From IMG/VR virus record IMGVR_UViG_3300020165_000007, positions 206,384-270,383 of that record: a stretch of DNA of 64,000 nt. One strand, 5' to 3'. Under the pieces are notes generated by a model, which worked only from the letters and a program-made list of their open reading frames with translations, was not told the origin of the DNA and made no database searches. This document shows, one piece after another, positions 27,475 to 35,012 of the stretch (its first letter is position 1; the number at the start of each line of letters is the position of its first letter). Position numbers and translations under genes: made by a program.

Positions 27475-28818
27475 TTACCTAAAGATATGTAATTTTTTAT
27501 TATTCTCAATCTCGTCAGGTATTTTAACGTTTGGACTATTCTTTAAGTTAATTACCTGTAGGTTTTTCAAGTTACTTATCCCCTTAGGTATCGTTGTAAG
27601 ATTATTATTGTTCGGTAAGGATAGGAATACTAAATCTTTCAACTCTTCGATTTCTTTAGGTAGTTCTTTAATAATACCTTCCAAGTGAAGGGCATTTAGA
27701 TTTTTAAATCTACCTAGCGTTTTTGGGATAGTAAGTGCGACTTCATCTGAAGATTCCCCGTATCTATTATTCGACTTAACAAAATCAAATCTTTCAAGAT
27801 TATCAGGTAGAGTTTCAAAAAACTCATCAAACCCATATAATGATATAAACTTAGAAGCGGAATCTTTTGGATATTCAACAGATATCGAAGTTCCTTCTCT
27901 ATTAGTTAAACTTTTCATAAATTCCGGTTTAAATACTTCTTTAAGTTCTTCGTTTTTATTCAAAAATTCTATTAGATTAATTTGTCTATCATTTGCCCCC
28001 ATATACTGATTAGATGGGAAATGAAACTGATACCTATTTGCAGGTAATCCACTTTTTTCTCCTGTAGTCACACCTCCATCTCGGAAAGATTCAGGTTTGT
28101 TTGGAATTACCACATATAAAGGACCATCTTTAATATAAGTATTAAAGTAGTTACTTCTTCCAGGTGCAGATGTACACCAACCACTTTCACCTTTTGCAAT
28201 ATCTAAACCATATCCACCGTAAAAACAAGCCGCATCGTGCCCTAACTTTCCAGTGTCTTCGATTTTTACAACGGTCCACTTACTACCTTTAAAAATTACT
28301 TCACCACCTGGATGTTCATAAGTTTTAGCGGCTTCTTCTTTTTCTGATTTAGAAGCTTTAGTTTTATCCAAACTAAAATCTACAGTAATATCTGCTAATT
28401 TTTCAATATTAAGTTTATTAATATCTCTAAGTTCTTGGTCAAGTTGACCTTTGAACCTGTCGAACTTTTGTAAAGACTCTGTAGTTTTATATAAATCCTC
28501 AAAAAATAGTTCTTGTAACCTACTCATTTCACTTTTAAATTCTGAAGTACCATACTCCGATTCAGGCTCAAGTCTAAGAAATTGTTTTACCAACCACGGT
28601 GTATATGTACCGGCCTTTTTAATTTCGTCTCCGTCTCTACGAGTCGTAGGGTCAGCTAATACTATTTTATTCAAATCCTCTAAAGACATTCTAGCAGGTT
28701 TTACTTTGTCACCTTTTTTCTTAGGTTCAGTATAAGTCTTCCTAAGAATTTCATAACGACCCTGTTCTAAAATTATATGTCTAATAATACCACTAAATTT
28801 CATATTATTCTTTTTCAT
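27475..28818 (-). CDS. AACFYG..WCT domain protein with C-terminal leucine-rich repeats
   Basis: IIRHIILEQ leader (likely start 28803); LRRs IPKTLGRFKNLNALHL, LPKEIEELKDLVFLSL, IPKGISNLKNLQVINL; TATTTAT at 28819-28825. Confidence 0.8.
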   Translation of the reverse strand: MKKNNMKFSGIIRHIILEQGRYEILRKTYTEPKKKGDKVKPARMSLEDLNKIVLADPTTRRDGDEIKKAGTYTPWLVKQFLRLEPESEYGTSEFKSEMSRLQELFFEDLYKTTESLQKFDRFKGQLDQELRDINKLNIEKLADITVDFSLDKTKASKSEKEEAAKTYEHPGGEVIFKGSKWTVVKIEDTGKLGHDAACFYGGYGLDIAKGESGWCTSAPGRSNYFNTYIKDGPLYVVIPNKPESFRDGGVTTGEKSGLPANRYQFHFPSNQYMGANDRQINLIEFLNKNEELKEVFKPEFMKSLTNREGTSISVEYPKDSASKFISLYGFDEFFETLPDNLERFDFVKSNNRYGESSDEVALTIPKTLGRFKNLNALHLEGIIKELPKEIEELKDLVFLSLPNNNNLTTIPKGISNLKNLQVINLKNSPNVKIPDEIENNKKLHIFR

Positions 28819-28843
28819 ATAAATATATAGTTAACTTAAAAGA

Positions 28844-29689
28844 TTACGAATTATAATTCAAAATTAATAGTTCGGTTCCTTTATTTTGTGTTTTTCCTTT
28901 TTTAGCTGACGCCGCTTTGACGAAGTCTTTCTGTTCCCAAAGATAATCATTTTTTGGAAACCACCCATTTAAAAGTTCAAAATCATAGTAAGATAATGAA
29001 AACTTTCCTTTGATATTGTTTAGAATTTTTGCCAACCTTTCGTGGTCATTCCTATCAAAGTCGTGATTAGAATAGTAGTTCTCTGTTTTCCAGTACGGTG
29101 GGTCTAAGTAAAAGTATGTCTTATCTCCATCATATTTGTTAATGAGTTCTTCAAAGTCCATATTTTCAACAAAGTTAATTTTTGAGAATTTGTCTATCCA
29201 CTTTTCGTTTTTCAGTTTATCTCTAAAAGTAAGGTATTTTGATTTGTACTTACCCTTTAAGTCGATGTAATTTGATGACTCTGGTTTACTGCCGCTGAAT
29301 ACCTGTGTAAGAATGTAAGCATACTTAGCAGCAACATCATAGTCAGGGTAATTTATTTCAAAGTCATCTGCAAATATCTCAGACTGGAACTCTTTGAATA
29401 GGTCTTTATATTCTGTAGGTGTGTTCTCCACTCCTCGTTGTTGACAAGGGATAGACTCAACAGATTTAAGAAGTTCTGTAGGGTTTTGCACACACATAAA
29501 GAGATTGTAGTTCAACGGATTGAAATCGTTATAAACAATGTTCTTTAGATTTGGGTACTCATCCAAATCCATATTGTAGTAACACCAAAACATACCTCCG
29601 AATGGTTCAACATATGTCTCCATATCTTTAGGGTAATATGGGACTATCCATTTACCTATCCTACTTTTTCCTCCTATATAACTAAGCAT
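28844..29689 (-). CDS. Dam/D12-class N6-adenine DNA methyltransferase
   Basis: YIGGKS, EPFGG, YNDFN, LDPPY; TATATTTG at 29707-29714. Confidence 0.92.
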   Translation of the reverse strand: MLSYIGGKSRIGKWIVPYYPKDMETYVEPFGGMFWCYYNMDLDEYPNLKNIVYNDFNPLNYNLFMCVQNPTELLKSVESIPCQQRGVENTPTEYKDLFKEFQSEIFADDFEINYPDYDVAAKYAYILTQVFSGSKPESSNYIDLKGKYKSKYLTFRDKLKNEKWIDKFSKINFVENMDFEELINKYDGDKTYFYLDPPYWKTENYYSNHDFDRNDHERLAKILNNIKGKFSLSYYDFELLNGWFPKNDYLWEQKDFVKAASAKKGKTQNKGTELLILNYNS

Positions 29690-29840
29690 ACTTATTAATT
29701 TTACTACAAATATAGTAAAGAAAATTCAAAAAGAAAATTAATCTTGATTTTTGAATTTTTCAATCAATACAGATATAACGGATATAGTTATTATTGAGAT
29801 TGAAAGGATTAAAAAAAGTATGTCGAATATTGGGAAACCT

Positions 29841-30776
29841 TTATACATAATGTATTAATAATACTATAGCTACTGAAACAAGTAGACCAACTAATAACTT
29901 TAAGAAATCTTTAGCTACTATAGGAAATACTTGTTTTAAATTACCTTTCTTAGTTAGGTATGTGTTTAAAGCAAGTTCTCTACCACACAACAATCCAACA
30001 AATACCCATGTAGTTGACATAGGGACGTTATTTAATTGTTTAAAATACAATAGTAGGAAAGCATACACTAAGTCAATTAAAGTCGCTGAGCGAACGTATT
30101 TTGTATTTTGTTTGTCAAGAACTATCTGTTGTATCTTACCACCTTGTTGATAAAATATCCATCCCAATCCTATAGTAAAAAAGGTTATAACACCTGACAG
30201 TTCAACAACTGAAAGTTGTCTTGGTAAGAACACTGCGATGTTTGCGATATCGTGTGAAAGCCACGTAAACCACAAAAAACTTGTGGTTAACCATTGTCCT
30301 ATTCTCCAATATTTTTTATTACTTTCTTTTATGTCGTTATCTTCGTTGAATACTCCTGATATTAAGAACCATAATCCGTACGCCGCCACAGCTGCCAGAC
30401 CATATCCTACAATACTTTTCATTAACATCTTCTCTAATACAAATGTTGACGCAAAAGCCGATAATACCAAAAATGATGTAGACACAGGAATACCTTTTCT
30501 TGTTAGTGCAACTAAAGCAAGAGGTGCAAGTGCGTGATACCACTGTACTTCTTGGAAGGGTATCTTATCTAATCTACCAAAGGATATGTCACCGTCATAT
30601 ACATTCCATCCATATATTAATGTGAAAGCCATTACGACTGAAGCTGCTAACCATAATACATACCATTTAAATTTTTCTTTATTTGATGCAATCCATGTGC
30701 CGAGCGTTTGTACACTATCATTGGCAATTACTGAGTAACCCGCCAATGTAAATCCTATTAACGAAAGTAATGTCAT
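29841..30776 (-). CDS. PiT/PHO4-like phosphate (or sulfate) permease
   Basis: Multi-TM; duplicated PiT-like signatures IANDSVQTLG and SHDIANIA, plus PVSTS and PMSTT. Confidence 0.7.
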   Translation of the reverse strand: MTLLSLIGFTLAGYSVIANDSVQTLGTWIASNKEKFKWYVLWLAASVVMAFTLIYGWNVYDGDISFGRLDKIPFQEVQWYHALAPLALVALTRKGIPVSTSFLVLSAFASTFVLEKMLMKSIVGYGLAAVAAYGLWFLISGVFNEDNDIKESNKKYWRIGQWLTTSFLWFTWLSHDIANIAVFLPRQLSVVELSGVITFFTIGLGWIFYQQGGKIQQIVLDKQNTKYVRSATLIDLVYAFLLLYFKQLNNVPMSTTWVFVGLLCGRELALNTYLTKKGNLKQVFPIVAKDFLKLLVGLLVSVAIVLLIHYV

Positions 30777-30780
30777 ATTT

Positions 30781-31227
30781 TTAAATTTTTATAGAAAATC
30801 TGAATCTTATGGTTTTAGAATTATCCCATCCAATTCTGTAAACAAATTTATTATTTTTATATGGTATGTCAACAGCTACTGCCAAATTATATAATTTATC
30901 ATACCAAAATTCTTGTTGTACCCAAAGTTTGAACTTTTCAAATTTGTAAATTAATCTAGGTTCAAACGTTGGTTGGTTATTTTCAATCTTATAATGTAGT
31001 GGTACACTAAATACTATCGGTGATTCTGCAAAATTAAAGTTGTGTCTGTATGTGACTCTATTCTCATCCAACTTTGTTTTGTGTCTGAGTTCAAGTCCTC
31101 CCTTCTCAGTAATTTTGTGACTAAATGTTATGTAGGATTTTCCGTTGGTTCTCATCTCATAACCTATTTTTTGGGATAGGAGACTACAACTGATTAATAA
31201 CATTAAAAATGTTAGTGTTAGTTTCAT
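30781..31227 (-). CDS. Small outer-membrane beta-barrel-like protein
   Basis: Signal peptide; alternating hydrophobic beta strands; C-terminal RFRFSIKI. Confidence 0.6.
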   Translation of the reverse strand: MKLTLTFLMLLISCSLLSQKIGYEMRTNGKSYITFSHKITEKGGLELRHKTKLDENRVTYRHNFNFAESPIVFSVPLHYKIENNQPTFEPRLIYKFEKFKLWVQQEFWYDKLYNLAVAVDIPYKNNKFVYRIGWDNSKTIRFRFSIKI

Positions 31228-31287
31228 AATAATCTATTTCTAACCATATATAGAAATAGATTATTTAAAATTTCACATTATCTAATA

Positions 31288-31305
31288 TGTTAACCTTGTG
31301 TTAAC
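31288..31305 (-). promoter_or_regulatory. Pho-box-like direct repeat (GTTAACA-N4-GTTAACA)
   Basis: Two perfect 7-mers with 11-bp period, ~60 nt upstream of the barrel/PiT operon. Confidence 0.5.
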
Positions 31306-31320
31306 AATTAAGAAACAATA

Positions 31321-31491
31321 TTACTTATAGCAATTCTTATAAGGTCTACACGAAGCTTTCTGTGAGAACCCCATATCTTTACAAAGCGTTTTTTCACAAT
31401 AAGATTTACTCATCTTACGAGTTCCCTTATCATTACTTTGTTCTTTCTCCTCTAAGTAGGATTTAATAACACGTTTAATAATACTATTCAT
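31321..31491 (-). CDS. 56-aa Cys-rich microprotein with YLEE leader (absent from track)
   Basis: MNSIIKRVIKSYLEEKEQ...YCEKTLCKDMGFSQKASCRPYKNCYK; TATTTAT at 31497-31503. Confidence 0.75.
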   Translation of the reverse strand: MNSIIKRVIKSYLEEKEQSNDKGTRKMSKSYCEKTLCKDMGFSQKASCRPYKNCYK

Positions 31492-31505
31492 TAAAAATAA
31501 ATATC

Positions 31506-31655
31506 ATGAAAGAAAAAAAAGAAGAAGGTTGTAGTAGTTGTAAAAAAGGATTAGACATTAAACAAAAGTCTATGGTAGTATTATCAGTTTATATATTTAT
31601 TACCTCTATATATGGAACCTATAAAATAATACAGAATGTAGTTTCACACTTTTAA
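31506..31655 (+). CDS. 49-aa CxxC plus TM microprotein (absent from track)
   Basis: MKEKKEEGCSSCKKGLDIKQKSMVVLSVYIFITSIYGTYKIIQNVVSHF. Confidence 0.6.
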   Translation: MKEKKEEGCSSCKKGLDIKQKSMVVLSVYIFITSIYGTYKIIQNVVSHF

Positions 31656-32618
31656 TTTTTCTATAATATTATTTTTCATCTCTGCATCCATAATTTCGTT
31701 AACTACACTCATTTTAACGTAAAAATCACCTACCCCACCATTAGTTTTATATCCTTTACCTTTTAACCTTAATGGTTTACCCGTCTCAGTATTTTTAGGG
31801 ATACTTATTAATACTTCACCGTCAGGGTGAGGGAGACTAATTTCATTTTCCATAATTAAATCATATAATTTAACCGATTTAGTATAAACTAAATCATGAT
31901 TAATTTTTTCAAAGTTATCACTATTAATTACCTCTATTTGTAATATTAAATCACCAAAACCTAAATTAGGTGTAAAATCACCCTTACCTTTAACTCTTAA
32001 ATATTCACCCGTATTTACATTTGGTGGAATATCTACAGTTATGTTCTCTATTTTTTGTTTAATCCCCTTACCCTGACAATTAAAACATGGGTCTATCATA
32101 ATACTACCCACTCCATTACAACTACTACACGGAGTATCTATTATATGGTTAACAAACCCTGAACCCATCTTTCTTCTTATGTTACCACTTCCTTTACAAG
32201 TTTGACATACATTCTTTTTACCTCCACTTCCAGCACAGGTACCACAAGTATTATTGGTTTGATAGGTTATCGCTTTACTAACACCTTTAAATGATTCGAT
32301 AGGGTTAATTTGTATATTTATTTTTTTGTCAGGTCTTCTTCTATTTTTTTGATTTTGACTCCTAAACTGATTCATAAAATTAGAAAAAGGGTCAAATCCA
32401 TTACTTCTTTGATTATTGAATAGATTAGGATTATCGTATTTCGCTTTTTTATCATCATCCGTCAATGTTTCATATGCCTCAACAATCTCTTTGAACTTGT
32501 CTCCCCCATTGGGGTTAACATCAGGGTGATACTTTTTAGATAACTTTCGATAAGATTTCTTAATCTCATCTTTGGTTGATTTTTTATTAACACCTAGTAT
32601 TTTATAGTAATCCTTCAT
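31644..32618 (-). CDS. dnaJ: DnaJ co-chaperone (class A-like)
   Basis: J domain with HPD; four CxxCxGxG-type repeats; C-terminal domain. Confidence 0.93.
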   Translation of the reverse strand: MKDYYKILGVNKKSTKDEIKKSYRKLSKKYHPDVNPNGGDKFKEIVEAYETLTDDDKKAKYDNPNLFNNQRSNGFDPFSNFMNQFRSQNQKNRRRPDKKINIQINPIESFKGVSKAITYQTNNTCGTCAGSGGKKNVCQTCKGSGNIRRKMGSGFVNHIIDTPCSSCNGVGSIMIDPCFNCQGKGIKQKIENITVDIPPNVNTGEYLRVKGKGDFTPNLGFGDLILQIEVINSDNFEKINHDLVYTKSVKLYDLIMENEISLPHPDGEVLISIPKNTETGKPLRLKGKGYKTNGGVGDFYVKMSVVNEIMDAEMKNNIIEKLKV

Positions 32619-32620
32619 TT

Positions 32621-33265
32621 ATGGAAAATTTTATAATAGTATTATTTAAGAATAAGAAAAAGAAAAAAATTATCAAAGGTTATTCTACAGAGAAAAACGC
32701 TTTATCTAAATTTAATTCTTTATTAAAAAGTAATAACGTTTTATTTGATACTAAATATGAAAATTCGGAAAAGGTTAAGTACGAGTTAGCACTACTCTCT
32801 AAGATAGACGACTATCAATTACCCTTATATAAAATGGATGAGATTGGTCGAAATAATCGAGTTTTTATGGATGACCAATCAGGTTATATAATTAAAAATA
32901 TATCAGACTATAAGTTAGAAGAATTAGTGTATGACTGGCAGTCATCTTCTCGTATTTCTTTTAATCAATTAATATCAAAATATTGTAAGAAAAAAGACTT
33001 TAAAGTTATATCTAAATTAAATAATAAAATTGTTATTCAAATAGACGAAATTTTTAGTTTATTTTCTCTAAAAAACACAGAAGACTCTGAACGTCTAATC
33101 GACACTCTAGAGTCTTCATTTAGAGAGTTAGGAAGGAGTGACGCCATGTTTATTAAAGATAGTACTCAAACTCAACGTAAATGGTTATATAACGTATTAG
33201 AAAAAAATGGATTTGATAAGAAAAAACTTTATAGACAAAAGACTACTTTTTCAAAACGAACTTAA
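32621..33265 (+). CDS. Hypothetical protein
   Basis: 214-aa ORF divergent from dnaJ. Confidence 0.75.
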   Translation: MENFIIVLFKNKKKKKIIKGYSTEKNALSKFNSLLKSNNVLFDTKYENSEKVKYELALLSKIDDYQLPLYKMDEIGRNNRVFMDDQSGYIIKNISDYKLEELVYDWQSSSRISFNQLISKYCKKKDFKVISKLNNKIVIQIDEIFSLFSLKNTEDSERLIDTLESSFRELGRSDAMFIKDSTQTQRKWLYNVLEKNGFDKKKLYRQKTTFSKRT

Positions 33266-33473
33266 AACTAACCTTACCAAAAGTAATAAAAAACTTTTCT
33301 GAATTCCAATCAATCTCTCTAAAGTGTTTTAATATCTTATCGTATTTAGGTTTTTCTAAATTAAGTTTTATCTGTACTTCTTCATCCTTTAATAAAGAAT
33401 TTTTCTCAATTAAATCTGCAATTTCCGCAAATGATTTTATGTTATCCCCAAAGTTTTCTTGATTCTTTTCCAT
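33243..33473 (-). CDS. Hypothetical protein
   Basis: 76-aa ORF. Confidence 0.65.
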   Translation of the reverse strand: MEKNQENFGDNIKSFAEIADLIEKNSLLKDEEVQIKLNLEKPKYDKILKHFREIDWNSEKFFITFGKVSFKFVLKK

Positions 33474-33640
33474 AATGAATATTTTTCTTCTTCGTTAACT
33501 TTAGTCTCTACTATGAGTTTTTGAGTACTTTTTATTTCTTTAATAAGAACTTGTTTATGTTGTTTTAGGTTCTGTTGATTTTTCTCTATCTGTAGTTTCA
33601 ACTTCTCCACTTCCTTCTGAACTTTGTCCATTTTCTTCAA
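33437..33640 (-). CDS. Coiled-coil hypothetical protein
   Basis: 67-aa ORF. Confidence 0.6.
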   Translation of the reverse strand: MKKMDKVQKEVEKLKLQIEKNQQNLKQHKQVLIKEIKSTQKLIVETKVNEEEKYSLWKRIKKTLGIT

Positions 33641-34025
33641 TGTTATTAGTTAATAGGGTAAACTCATCAATATCAAACTTAAGATTCTTTAGTATATCCA
33701 GATTTTTATCTTCAAAAATACTCTTTAATTCTTGAACTTTATTTTTAAACAGTCTTTCTTTCTCCTCTTTTTCGATATTGAATTTAATTATAGAGTTAAT
33801 AGTATTTTCTATTTTATTAATTGACTCTTCTTTAAAAGGAGTTACGAAGGATATTATAATTCTTCCAGTCTCACCTTTATTTTTAATTATTTCAATTCCT
33901 TCTGAATGTTCTTTTAGAATTACCCATTTATCAGGAAATGACATATCAAAACTTATATAGTCTTTTATAACCCTAACCGACTTAAGGTAGTCTTTAGTAG
34001 AATTTATGAAATTATAGTACGACAT
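33555..34025 (-). CDS. Hypothetical protein
   Basis: 156-aa ORF. Confidence 0.7.
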   Translation of the reverse strand: MSYYNFINSTKDYLKSVRVIKDYISFDMSFPDKWVILKEHSEGIEIIKNKGETGRIIISFVTPFKEESINKIENTINSIIKFNIEKEEKERLFKNKVQELKSIFEDKNLDILKNLKFDIDEFTLLTNNIEENGQSSEGSGEVETTDREKSTEPKTT

Positions 34026-34231
34026 TATGTTATAATATTAAATAAAACTGTAATTAAAAAAGATAAACATATCCCATAGTAAATTAGTGCGTTATTACCC
34101 ATTACAAACTTTTCTGGTGGTGTGGACAACAACGCACTAATAAATTTAAACAACAACCTAAATAATGAAATTATTGCAAAAACAAATAAAAAAGTGATAA
34201 TATATCCCAGTATAGGTATTTCTATATTCAT
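34025..34231 (-). CDS. Small two-TM membrane protein
   Basis: Two hydrophobic segments. Confidence 0.7.
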   Translation of the reverse strand: MNIEIPILGYIITFLFVFAIISLFRLLFKFISALLSTPPEKFVMGNNALIYYGICLSFLITVLFNIIT

Positions 34232-34232
34232 A

Positions 34233-34403
34233 TTATTTACTTCTCTCTTCTAAAATTTCTTTTCTTAAGTCTTGAAGTAAAGCTTTTAGTTCCTGTGCTG
34301 ACTTTCTAGCTCTAGTACCCGCTGATTTATTACCTCCGTAAAATTTAACAGTATCTACTGATAGTGTTTCAACAAGTGTCTTAATGTTTTCTAAAGTTTC
34401 CAT
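34233..34403 (-). CDS. Histone H1-like (Hc1-family) nucleoid protein, 56 aa (absent from track)
   Basis: METLENIKTLVETLSVDTVKFYGGNKSAGTRARKSAQELKALLQDLRKEILEERSK; GNKSAGTRARK is the family hallmark. Confidence 0.85.
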   Translation of the reverse strand: METLENIKTLVETLSVDTVKFYGGNKSAGTRARKSAQELKALLQDLRKEILEERSK

Positions 34404-34480
34404 TTGTGTATTTTTTTTATTTTTATTATTCTATAAAAAAGTAATTTTTTTACATTTATAGTAAATAGATAACCACTTTT

Positions 34481-34966
34481 TTAAATATGTAAAGACCTTT
34501 CAAGTGTTTTGTAAACATCAGTAAACATCTCTAAGTCGGACTTACTGGTTGGTCTTTTTCTATTGAACATCTGTTTTAAGAAATCGTTAAGAGCCTCTCT
34601 CATTTCCTTATCTTCTTGGTCATAAAATACTTCGAAAAAAAAGTCTTTAAAGTACTCTTCGTCTTTTTCACTAAATTTAAAGATTATATTTTCTTTTTTA
34701 AAGCTGTCTATTGTTTTATTCCAACACCACTGATAGTGTTTGACTTTATCTACTGTCGTCATACCTATTTTAGTCTCTTTAGAATCATTATAACTGTCTC
34801 CTAAATATGTACCCCTAACTAAGTAATAAAAAGAGAAACAGAAGTCTTTAAATAACTCTGTCAGTTCTGGCATTATATTATGAGCCATATTCCATGTATG
34901 TATGTCTTCCTTTCTCATAGGTTCAGATAACCACTTAAAGAATTGGTCCGGATTATATCTCTTCAT
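34481..34966 (-). CDS. Hypothetical protein
   Basis: 161-aa ORF. Confidence 0.75.
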   Translation of the reverse strand: MKRYNPDQFFKWLSEPMRKEDIHTWNMAHNIMPELTELFKDFCFSFYYLVRGTYLGDSYNDSKETKIGMTTVDKVKHYQWCWNKTIDSFKKENIIFKFSEKDEEYFKDFFFEVFYDQEDKEMREALNDFLKQMFNRKRPTSKSDLEMFTDVYKTLERSLHI

Positions 34967-35012
34967 ATAAGAAATATAACACGGACCAATAAAAAATGAA
35001 TAATAAGTTTTA

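Noticed and set aside
29721-29759. 12-bp inverted repeat AAAATTCAAAAA/TTTTTGAATTTT upstream of the Dam-like gene
   Set aside because: Almost purely A/T and low complexity; at most a weak terminator or operator, not supportable.
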